NCBI GenBank assembly: GCA_051294905.1
Contig: CM119372.1
Location: 21,330,001 to 21,394,000, forward strand
Source of the DNA: Botryllus schlosseri
Taxonomy: Eukaryota
Length of the DNA: 64,000 nucleotides
Direction of reading: 5' to 3'
Below, piece after piece: positions 52,688 to 64,000 of the stretch (within the stretch, counting starts at the first letter, position 1; each line of letters starts with the position of its first letter). The notes below the pieces were generated by a model, which saw nothing but the letters and a program-made list of their open reading frames with translations, did no database searches and was not told the DNA's origin. Made by a program: the position numbers and the translations under genes.

Positions 52688-53060
52688 CTATAGATGTATG
52701 CGAATACTACCTCAAAAGATTTAGTAGTTAGTCAGATGCTTCTGGCGAAATGAATCTAATGCAAACGTTATTACGCAAGCTTATTAAAACAGTGATTGCA
52801 ACATACTAACGTCCTCATGTTAGCGCTAACTGTCGCTGCGTTTTCTTTTCTGGTCTCCAGCACGATGAGCATCTGCAAGCAAGGCCTAGATTTCGTTCAT
52901 TACTCTGTTGCAATATAGCCTACTCAACATCTCCGGATGTTTGCCTACACGAATGTAGATTGTAAGACATTATTTACAGAAGAATAACCCTGCGGTTGTT
53001 ATTGGTAATTGTGGCCTGCTTTAGGAAAGGTGATTGGTTTCGCATTAAAAGAATCGATAA

Positions 53061-54403
53061 CACTGGTCAACACATATTTTTAGGCATTCAAAGTAAGAGT
53101 GGTTTTGGGGGTTCTGAAGGGCACTGATTCCGAATATGACCTTGGATTTTTCAAATTGGCCCTATTTTGGGAGATTATCCATGGGGCTATTTTCACTAAA
53201 ATCTCATATTTTCGCTGTATATGGGCTGGATAGAAAATCGGATCAGTCGTACTATAAAGTTCAGAAATTCAATGTACTTGTTATTTTGACACGCCGAAGA
53301 CTGTTTTAAATCAAAATACGTCAAGAGAATTGTATTTCAGGGTATTAGATTTATCATAATTGGAGACTTTCACGGATATCATGTACATAAATAAACTTCA
53401 ATCGTGTGAATAATCATTTACCTAAATACTCTAATAACATAGCATTATTTGAATCAGTTTTATGTCAACCACCTATTTTAAATTCAAAATAATCAATTGG
53501 AATATAATATTAATAACTTAGCTTGAAGTAAAATTCCAGCAGTTCCAGCAATAGTCTGCCATAAAATGTTCGTCGCATCTGCAATGATATCTTTCTTTTG
53601 TTGTTTTGATGTATTGGGGAACCTTTCCCCTTTCTGTTCCCTCTAATCAACAATATTATCAGAAAATATACCAAGATGAACAGGAAGTGAATGCTCATGT
53701 TTTCTCCAAGGTTTTCATATGCATATGCCAATTCTCGGATCAACTGTTTGTAGTCGGGTTCCATGCAGTGAGCTCCTTTCTTTCTTATTATTATGAAATT
53801 GTAATCCTTGGTCTGTCTTCGAATCTGAGATCAGTCAAAGACTCCAGATTCAAGCTTCTCATTTGATATAGATACTAGGTATACCCACTTTGTTGGCTTT
53901 ACGGAAAATTATCCATTTACAAGTGAAAAAAGAGATGAGACGCATATAAGTATTTTAGTTAAGCTTTCCAGGGACAAACATGATAGCTTTATACTCCTCT
54001 TCCATCTTGGTAGAATGACTAATTGGAAAGAAGAATATAAATTTCCACTGTGAAAAAGTACAATTTTTAGGCTTGACAAACTGCTTTTTTAGCAAGCAAA
54101 TTTATCGCGCCAGGTCATGTTAATATTGATGTAATTATTGAGAACAACATGAGTGTTCATCATAGTCAATCATCTATTTATGCGCTGTATAAAAGTAGAC
54201 AAATCTAAGATTTACTTCCCATCAAATGAAATATTCGAGGGTAAATGCAGTGATTTTAAGCATGTTTAGGGGTATAAATATCTTCTTTTCTAGAGCCAAT
54301 CTGACAAAACTAATGTGATATTCGTAATCAGCAACCTCGAAAACCCCAGAAACGGCTCTCAGATGTTCTGCCAATATTTTTATTTTCATTTTGCTGACAA
54401 GTG
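53061..54403 (-). mobile_element. Chapaev3-like non-autonomous element with transposase C-terminal remnant
   Basis: Termini CACTGGTCAACA...TGCTGACAAGTG; TAA on both sides; remnant YKQLIRELAYAYENLGENMS.HFL, GERF and MADYCW at ~53540-53765. Confidence 0.75.
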
Positions 54404-56747
54404 TAATGGATAAAATAGGATTTAATTAATATTATTCCTATTCAATCAATGGCAGATGGATATAGCCGTCCTTGGTTATTCGTTCTCTTGTCTCTGTTGA
54501 CTTTTTTGCGTTTAACTGCATTAATACCCTGTATATATCATTATACTGTTGGAACTATAGCGGTTAGGGTTTACCAATGTACGTAAAACTCGATCTAGAT
54601 GGCCCGCCGGATTCGATTCTTCTGATCGCTTGCAAGCCTGATCAGTAAAATGACGCCATGCCTTTGTGGGATGCTTCGTTATCATGTCTACATATCATAT
54701 ATCATAATAGGGTTCGTAGGGGTTCTATTCTCGTAACATCAACATTAGGAACCAATGGAAATGTCAAACGCTAAAAAATACAATGATTGAATAAAGTTCT
54801 AATCCACTTCCCTGCGTATATGTTGTTACAAATAAAAGAGATTTAACTATAAACTTAGGCTCATCGAATTCTTCTTCGTGATTAATAAATCCCCTTTCGG
54901 GTTTCCGTGGAACGATATCGAGTCACAACATAAAAACGATTGTGAATCCACTGCATTGGAGTAACTCACCATACTACAGAAAGCGGGAGAATAAAGAAAA
55001 TATTTTTACCAAAATTAACATACGTTGAATAGGCACGTTTGATCGATGGAAATGGCCAAATGTAAGGCCGGGGATCTTTTGTGTGAGAAGTTATTTGGCA
55101 TTGCGACCACAGATCTATTGATAATAGTCTTTGAGCACCATGTAACGCGCATCCAACGGTTCTGCCTACACTGCGTAAGTACACGCATGAAATTGCACAA
55201 CTCACTGCACATGGCCCTCAACATTTTTTCCGAGCAACGGCAACTTATGGGAATATCTGGACTGGATTCCCGAGCGCGAAATCTGATAACATTCGCACGA
55301 ATCAAAAGCTACTGCGGTACTGATCGCAAAGATACGGAATTTATCCTGCTGCAATTGCGTCAGACTGTGCTGTGTACATAGTCCGACTGTTCAAAACGTA
55401 CTTTTACTTGAGGTACGGGGTTGCGGGTTCGAGTCAGACAGAGGTCGACTACATAATTCCAATCTAAGTGTTGCAGGTTTATCTAGGCTCCTCCTCGTCA
55501 CGTGATCCGCATAAGCGGTGTCTTATAAAACGCCAACAAGTGGGCCTTGATACAAGTCGGTAAATACGCAATCAAAAATAAATCATATCGGCCCGGAGTA
55601 GAATGACCAATGTAGTCGAAACAGCATCAATATCAAAACAAACAGACGTGAGTTACGAGTAGTCGAGTATACCGATTGCGGTGACTGCTGATTAATCTCC
55701 TTTTCGCCACTAGAGGGTGTTTTGTGCTGATTGCTTTCTGATTACGTTCACATCTTGACTATTCATTTCATTCTGTTGTACTAGTTGGATGCGACATCGT
55801 TTTTGTTCGCAGTACCGGCTTTAACTCTATTCCATTGTCTTATTGTATTCGAATGCAATAGCTTACTTCCATGTTAATAAAAGCGTTAGAACCGACCGTA
55901 TTGAGTTCTATCAAAGGGTACAACACCAACTATATTGCTGATGAAATAATATAAAATTAGCAGGCCACAACTTTAGTAGAGAAGGTTCGCATAGATGTGG
56001 TTTTGAATTACGGCAAATCAGGTTAAGGATATAAATGCACTATGTTGTCGATTACTGTAAAGGAAGACCACCTACTATTCCAAGAGTGGGCTCCAAGTAC
56101 CAGCAACATCCGCTCGTTTTTGCAAATCATCTTAAATCAACAATATGAGCATATAGGCTGATAAAACAATTGAGTGACGCATAGGGATGGTGCGAACCAC
56201 TGAGAGGTTTTGATTCGTGTGAATATGATGTTTGATGAATGTTTCGCTGTGAACTCGAATGTATGACTTCCTGTTACATCACAATGTTAATTTAGAACAC
56301 TGTGTTTCTGTTCGGATAGCTGTGCAGGTCGGACTACATGTACAATACTTGAGCGAGAAAGTATACACTAGTTCTCCAAAACGAATTAAAAACAGATTGC
56401 CATCATTTGACTTCATCCGAAATCTGGATAGTCACCCTTGAGTTCATTAACTCCCCTGACTACCTTCATGGATGTACAAATAGAGGTGGGCCTACAACTT
56501 ACCTTACTATGTGTATTTTTATCGAGGTTGAAATATATTTCATACTTGAACTATTCAGCATTTATACTATTTTATTCGTCTTTTCCGAAAAGAGAGGCAA
56601 TGGTTATTGCCTTTTGCCTTCATTTACTCTCCCCTACCGGTAAATATTTTATCAGTGACAGACAGTAACGCGAAACAATAAACTTCATATTGCTAATTTA
56701 TTCGCTAAAAGCTTTTCGACTGACTCTCATCAATAGCGAACGTCCGG

Positions 56748-59700
56748 TAGGGTTACCATATACGTCCTCCTTTAGGAGGATTTGTCCTCCTTCTTCGGGT
56801 TTTTGAAAATGTCCTCCGAGGACGCCTAAATGTCCTACTTCTTGAGATTTTGTCCTCATTTTTAGAATTTGAGTTGAAATCAGACCGAGATACCATAACA
56901 TTACATTGAATTAACGCTCAGGCGGGTATTTCAGGAGCCGAAGGAAAGTTGACCTTTTTTTAGTCAACCACCTGACGAAGTGAAGGAAAAAACAGTATTT
57001 TGGTCGCTGAGCGAAAAAGTTTAACCTTCTTTCAGTCAGCCGACTACGAAGCAGAGGTGGCCAGTAACGAAGTACTTCTACTTTTTCGAAGTAATCAAGT
57101 AGTTTTCCTCTACTTCTAGTACTTACTCAAGTAGATCTGAATTTCACTACTTCTACTTCTACTTCATAATTTTTTTGTGATCTATTTACTTACTTTTCGC
57201 TATTTTCATTCTGTCAAGTAGAAATAGTTTAATCCTCCAATCAGGAAGATAGCTGGAGTAATTTGGGGGCTGTTTTCACGGAGTATCGACATTTAATTTT
57301 CATAAAAGTTGAGTTAAGCCTAGAATTTCGGCCGCGCTTCGCGCGCAGTGAATGCAGAGTATCCAGTATTATTTCACGAAAGTATCGTTGAATATAATTT
57401 ATGTAGCGGGTGGGCGTGGTTCCGTTCACACCGCATTGTCACCCTTCGCCATATCAAATATTTCATCACAGTATATATGGCTTATCATAATGTTTGAAAC
57501 TGATGTTTCGCAATCTAGCATTTACTTATCATACCGTAATCTAGCTGTCCATGGCGTGTCCTAATCTGGAAAAGTGGACTCTGACTTTTCTTTAGTTTTG
57601 GAGCTGTTTCGGCATACCAACCTTTGAAACTTTCTGGACTAAAGACATTAAATACATGTTCCGTTTTCAGATTTAGATTTCACTTGCAATTCCCAGTACC
57701 ATATATTTTGATTTCTAATCAATATCAGTTCTTTTGTATGGATAACATACATGTTGAAGCATAAAAGCAAGTGTGGTAATGCCTTCAATTTCCAGAAATA
57801 AAGCTTGCAGCAAACAATACGTTCATACTGCCAAATTTATTCCACTGCAAGCTTTTCGACTTGCTCTCTTCAGCAGTGAACGCCAGTAAATGAGGTTAAC
57901 CAAGTTCGAAATATAGAAAGAATTCTGTCGTTGTGACATAATAATGACAAGTACACAGAGTCGCGAACGGCAGTAATCACTAGGGATGGTGTAAACGTGA
58001 GGTTCACGTTCGCGTGCTGTATGTGAACCTCGGAAATTTAGAGGTTCACGTTCACAACAGAACCTTGGTAGGTTCTGCACTGTGAACCTTTTTCATATAT
58101 TACAATTTTCACTTCATTATGACATCCTCCGTTCAAATTTATTGCATTTCAACTGCGGGCTACTCTATTCATGGCGCTGGCAGTATAAAAATCTACAGTA
58201 AACGAGCATGCACCTTGACAATCTCAAAAGTTTTACTTGCTTTGTTACAAAAGTTTGCTCGAGATATCCAGCTTAATTACTGTTTGTGACTTTCTGCTGT
58301 GAGCTTGATCCGCAATCACACAACATCACGAGCGAAATGCGTAGTCAGCAATGATGCTTACTCGAACAATCAATGAGATTGATATCGTTTTCTGATATAA
58401 AAAATCCAGCAGGTGTTCGGGGTCGATCTTGACTTCATAGGTTCACTGTATCATTAAAACCAAATCCGTACGATTGAGGTGTTGGCTTCTGCTGTATAAC
58501 TTGTTAATGGAGTAAAATCAGTAGCAAGTATAGAAACCCGTTTTACACTCTGCCTAATATCAATGTAGCAATACTCAGACGCCGAATACATTGTCCGGTC
58601 TGGGCTAGACCGTTAAGTCGTAAGCTTTTATTCCCTGGTAAGTCGTCGTCGAAATTGTTGGCTAAGCGACGGAAAATATTGATTTTATGGAATTATTATA
58701 TCATTTGATTGCCCCATTTGATACATTTAGCGACGTTTAAAACGCCAATATGTACCTCAGCATTGTGGCATTATGTGGCCCGGGTCGTCGTTAGGTATCG
58801 TGTACAGTCAGAACCGTAACTACCGCACCCCAAACCCCCAATTGAGGGGGGGAGTAAGCCCAAAGGGGGCCAAAAATTATTTCGTGAATTAACATAAATT
58901 ATAGAGTATTTTTTTAAAGTTATGCATCTTTTCAAAAATTTTTTGAAGGGGGGGGGGGGCTGACGAAGTGCTGTTTCGTTCCTGGCAACGGGTATACACC
59001 CGGATATGTTTAATTATTATTGAGGGTTCCTACCTTTTCAAACACACCTCACTCAGCTCTACCGGTAAATCCGATTACGTAAGCAGAGAGAGGGTAAAAA
59101 CTAATAGCAATATATATGCATTCCCGATCACATTGGCCGATTCAGTCATCGAATTATCCAAATTCTCGCGCATCGCGCTTGTAGGCGAGAAAAGCTGACA
59201 CATTGAATGGACAGCCAATGTAGACAATGTAGGACAAGTAGCGGGAAACAGCGCACAGGCTGAGGGTGGTCTGGGGGGCGTAGCCGGGGGGCGTAGTTTA
59301 CTAATCGCACAATGTGTTTGCACCGTATCCAACACGCCATCTCCGTATTGCTCTTCGACTAAACTACAGGCCTTATAGTATGGGGAGTGCGCAATACCAT
59401 GATATTTTCTAAAACATGCTGTTTGAGTAAACAGGGGATTAGTATCGCATTTCAATATCAATACTATCATTTTCATCCCATGATGTGGACGAATGCTTAT
59501 CCTTATGATATCGAAAATTGGATACCTACTGGTATGCATCAATAGGAATCAAGCTCGTCACCTTTCGCATAGCTCAATTTGCACCTTTTTACAATCCATG
59601 TGAACGAATTAGGATCGTTTTGACAACTACTTACTTACTTGAGTACTTTTAAAGTCAGTCAATTCTACTTCTACTTAAAGTAGTTTTAGGTTGCTCATGG

Positions 59701-59903
59701 AAGAAGTACTTCTACTTGTACTTGAAAAGATTTTTTCGTCGCTACTTCTACTTCTACTTGAGTAGTCTTCTTGACTACTTTGACCACCTCTGCTACGAAG
59801 TGGAAAAAAATTACCATTTTTTCAAGATTTTCCTTTGGTATTCTAAGTTTGAAAATTTTGAAAAAGTGTCCTCCTTTCCCGATTCCAAAATATGGTAACC
59901 CTA
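56748..59903 (+). mobile_element. MITE family D (TIR TAGGGTTACCATA) hosting a family A insertion
   Basis: TSD ACGTCCGG/ACGTCAGG; related copies at 18702-19032, 26825-26955 and ~50690-50956. Confidence 0.85.
57052..59792 (+). mobile_element. MITE family A carrying ~1.5 kb of foreign repeats (families G and C)
   Basis: TIRs present; perfect TSD CTACGAAG; family A sequence stops near 57805 and resumes near 59296. Confidence 0.9.
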
Positions 59904-60664
59904 ACGTCAGGGAACTTCCTAAATACCAAGAAAATATGTAGTATGATGTTTTAAGCTGTTTGGAAGAATTTTATATGGCAGCTCTTTGCAACTTTTTCTA
60001 TTTTTTCGTGTGACTTTTTAGTGCAACATTATCAAGTATTGCCCAAAATGTGAAGGAGTAATTTAAAACAAACATGCTATTAAACTATTTCTATATGGTT
60101 CTCTCTTTGATTTGCTTAGCAAAGAGCAATGTGATGGATTAGCTGTATCTAATTGTTCCATATGGCGCAGTGGCGTGTAGTTTAGAAGTTCAACGACCTC
60201 AGCCAATCACGGACGCCCATTTCGCGCCCATTTTCACATTTTCACTGGGTCACCTTTTCGGGCTATTGATTTTGTTAAATTCGCCAACACTGAGTTTTGG
60301 TGCAATGCCTTGGGTCAAGTTTGCAGATCTAGAGAGTTCGGGGTACCTAGGGTATTTGATTTGTTTTATGGAATATCGCTTTGCTGTTTGGATTTTTGTG
60401 GAAAATTATTCTCTTGCTGCGTACGGGTCGGTCTAGCCAGGCCGTCAGTGAAATGGTGAAGTACCCAATTTGACTGCTTTGCAGGGGTTGGCAGCGGAAC
60501 GCTGTCACGTAGCTGTCAAATCTAAAGAACAGAAGTGTATGGATGATCGATTGAAAAGCGAAGAAAGAAAAGAAACAAGCAGACATCGTGCAAATCTTGG
60601 ACTGTTGTGTTACACAACGGAACCTTTGGAGCATCTCATACCCTAATAATTTCTAACGATTTTA

Positions 60665-60750
60665 GTGCGACAGAAATCTACCCTACTAATCATGTCTTTG
60701 GTCTGACCCGGCCGGGGATTGAATCAACCACCGGACAACCGATCAAGAAG
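60665..60750 (-). mobile_element. Fragment of a second tRNA-derived SINE type
   Basis: Reverse strand reads GATTCAATCCCCGGCCGGGTCAGACCAAAGAC, a B-box-like segment followed by a SINE-type body. Confidence 0.4.
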
Positions 60751-60956
60751 CCGTACGCTTCATCATTCCGCAATCTTCTCAGTATAACAAAAACTGCTTT
60801 AAGGTTGTGGAACTGCTATGAACTTTCAAGTTGGATTAAGCTAAAGAGCCGAACACGCGGTATCGTGACTTTCTGTGCTCTTTTCATTTACTCGCGGGGG
60901 AGAAAATGGGAAATTGAAAAATGAAACAGAACACAAGTTGGAGCAGACAATCTTAA

Positions 60957-61884
60957 GGGGACTAGCAACCCAAAAAAAAATCAATTTTCGACTTTTTTTT
61001 CTCTAGTAGGAAATATTAACATTGGATATCTGCTGTCACCTCATGGCCTTATCTCATCCGAACAATAACTAAAAACTGCAAAATTTCAATTTTATTTTCC
61101 TTTGAATATTGGGGGGGGGGGGGGGGGGTGTTTTTTTTTCAAGTTTTACCTAAAAGATCGCATGTTTCGTCCGATAACTCATTAAAATATATGGTTTGAC
61201 CGTTATAAAATACATCTATATATATTATCTCCGGGTACAATTTTGTTCGATTGTTGTCAGTTGCCATACCAGCATTCTGGCACTCATTCTTATCATTAGA
61301 TTAGTAACACTTGTTCATTGACTTTTTACGTTTCAAATGTTTGATAGTCGTTTTCTCAATTATAACATTGTGTTAGATCGCATCACGGTAAACCAAAAAT
61401 TTGTATGAAATATTTGTCGTAAATGTGTCACTCAAGGTTTTTTGAAAAGCTACGATTCAGACCTGTGTTATGCTAAAAGTTCTGAGCCATAGGTCTACCA
61501 TGTCAAGAGGCACAGAACGTCACAGTAAACCTAAAACAAATTTATGGCAAAAATTATGATTTTTTATTGAATTTTTGGACTTCGAAATGAAATTTCTCCG
61601 AGATGGGTTGTACATAATCCTTGAAATTTTAGCATAGCACAGCGCTGTCCTAGTACTTTCTAAAGAAGGCGTTGGATCGGAAAAACGGCTTCACAACATC
61701 GACATTATGCATTCCCCATGTCGGTGCATTTTTTGTCCTTGAAATCCAAAAAAATCCACAATCTGCAGGGTAGAGCGAAACTTTTGGTATTTTGTTTATA
61801 GCATAGCGACATCTAGCGACTGTGAAAATTTCATGGTGATGGGGGTAGCCATCCGAAATTTAGGATTTTGTGTTGCTAGTCCCC
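60957..61884. mobile_element. Kolobok-like non-autonomous DNA transposon
   Basis: Perfect 13-bp TIR GGGGACTAGCAAC flanked by TTAA; purine-start termini fit Kolobok rather than piggyBac (CCC). Confidence 0.75.
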
Positions 61885-62328
61885 TTAAGTAGGGCTGAGC
61901 AAAATCGAATAGGCCTACCTGAGTGATTCTATTTTGAATCGAGTATTTCCCTTGAAGCCGTGTCGAGTATTCGAGTACCACTCATTATATGACGCCATGT
62001 GATATGAATGACGTGAAAAGTACAAATATGCTTATTCTATGCGGCCTCGAAGAACATAACAAGCCAGTTGTGCGACATTACAGATAATTTGGTGTTTTTC
62101 TACTATACCTGTTTCATTGCACTTTGAGACAATTATGTGAGTTGATCACAACTTCACACTTATGTCATTTCCACTAACGTGCGTAGCTTTTTACTACATG
62201 CTTCGTATATGCTGCGTGCAGCCAATCGAGGTTTCAAAGGCTTGCACAATGTGAAATAGTGTAATGTGCCCTAACTTTCCAGTTGAACGAGGAGTACCTA
62301 TAGATATAGGTATAGATATAGGTATTGA

Positions 62329-63678
62329 CAGGACCGTAACTGCCGCACCCCAAGCCCCCCAATTAGGGGGAGCGATCTCGAAGGGGGCCCAAAATTATTT
62401 AGTGAATTAGCATAAATGATAGAGTATTTTATGAAATTATGAAATTTTATGCAACTTTTTCAAATTTTGTTCGCGCATGGCGCGATTTCAAGTTTCCAAG
62501 TGCCTTAATTATTGGGTACTCTTTCACCAATATCTAATACGCAAAATTTATCGAAGTGGTCATATCGGCGCTGGCCATGACCGCGCCACGACGCACGAAG
62601 ACTTATAAAGTTTTAGGCCATGTAACATGCGACTTCAAGAAGTGTGCCAGAACGATCGACAGCGAGAAAACCTTGGCCGAAAAGGACTGCCCTTACTCGG
62701 ACCGAACACTACGTTATGTATATACAAAATACATATATGTATTATTGACCATAGGCGCCTAAATGACTGGCGCCGAATGTTCCTGTCTTGGCAATCTGAA
62801 GGTCACGAGACAAATAGGCTACCATCCCGCAGGGAAGAATTATATGCCAGTGAAGAAATACCAATTTGAAATCGTGTGCATCTTTTAGTTTAGTAAGTTT
62901 GGGCGATTCTACATTTTTTGATATAGCAGACTGGAGGTCATGAAATAACATCATGTAACGAAGTCGTACCAACGGGTCCGCCCGTCCGAATATGTTTAAT
63001 TATTATTTACGGACCCTACAGTTTCCAAGACACTGCACCCAACTTTACCGATAAATGTGATTACGTGAGCAGAGAGGACAAGTAATTGATAGTAATATAT
63101 ATGCAATTCCCGATGTTATTGATCTATTTTATTTTGAATTATCGAACGTTTTCTCGCTCCACGCCGGCTCACTAAACGCTGATTCTGATTTCGTGGCAGA
63201 AGCGAACAACGGGCCGGGGGGTCGGTTTATCAATCTATGGGAGCTCAAGAACTAAGTTTTTTGGGAGCCTGACGAAGTGCTGTTTCGTTCCTGCCAACGG
63301 GTATACGCTCGACGATGTCTAATTATTATTGAGTGTTCCTACCTTTTCAAACACAACTCACTCGGCTCAACCTGTCAATCTGCTTACGTGAGCAGAGAGG
63401 GGATGAAAATTGATACCAATATATATGCAATTCCCGATTATATTGACCGATTCAATACTGAAATATAAAAAATTCTCGCGCTTGGCGCGATTAGTCGAGC
63501 GAAGCTGCCTTGAACGGACACCCAATTCAGATGATAAATAGCGGTTAACTGCCATCTAGCCTGAGGGGAGCCTGGGGGCTTCGAATTTCGGTTTATCACC
63601 CTATAGGGGCCCAAGAGCAACTTTTATTCTTTTTTTGGGGGGGGGGGGGGGAGCTGACGAAGTGCTGTTACGGCCCTG
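62329..63678 (+). mobile_element. MITE family C (TIR CAGG[A/G]CCGTAAC), full length
   Basis: Perfect TSD GGTATTGA. Partial copies at ~7284-8130, ~13365-13870 (-), ~40880-41250, ~51689-52190 and ~58809-59200. Confidence 0.9.
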
Positions 63679-64000
63679 GGTATTGATAACTAATTTACGG
63701 ATAGATGTGCAACAAGTGACTCACGATTGAATACGCCGTGATGCGTACTGCTTAGCCGAAAAAAGGCAACATAGTTGGTAGTCCTATAGCTCGCGACCCA
63801 AGCGTCCGAATAATTTGATATGTCGGTGTTTATAGAAAGCAAGTGTCGCACTGATTCCAAAAATACGAATTGAAATCTCGCCAGGGCAATAAAACTACTC
63901 CGAAATAGGCAGCAAAGGTTGATTCTTCTGAAAAACGGGAGCGCGGCAACACAATGGCCAACGGCGTCAAGCGAATGATCGGACTAATACAAATTTTCAT

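Noticed and set aside
54966..56745. Possible further hAT transposase remnant (KLFGIAT, HCV..RMKL, RNNKLH)
   Set aside because: Too degenerate to delimit or assign by eye; BLASTX would be needed.
60450..60645. Plus-strand exon-like or THAP-like segment
   Set aside because: No partner exons and the key THAP residues are not recognisable.

Overview
AT-rich eukaryotic (metazoan) DNA; the gene and repeat style suggests a marine invertebrate such as an ascidian, which is an inference. There are no prokaryotic features, CRISPR arrays or true rRNA/tRNA genes. Most of the window is nested DNA-transposon debris. It includes several families of non-autonomous hAT elements (MITEs) with readable TIRs and 8-bp TSDs, one near-intact 5.4-kb hAT element whose ZMYM1-like transposase has a single +1 frameshift in an A9 tract, two Chapaev3-like remnants, a TTAA-flanked Kolobok-like MITE, tRNA-derived SINEs and a MITE with a TTAGGG-like core. 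Threaded through this on the minus strand is one host gene that the ORF track shows only in part. Five phase-compatible exons over about 37 kb (47871 to 10845) splice into a ~277-aa predicted type II membrane protein: short cytoplasmic tail, signal anchor, two 39-aa mini-TSP1 modules and a C-terminal EPN-type C-type lectin domain. Three candidate phase-1 micro-exons are also present, two of them with in-frame stops. Internal exons are bracketed by inverted MITE pairs. All alignments were made by eye; no database searches were run.
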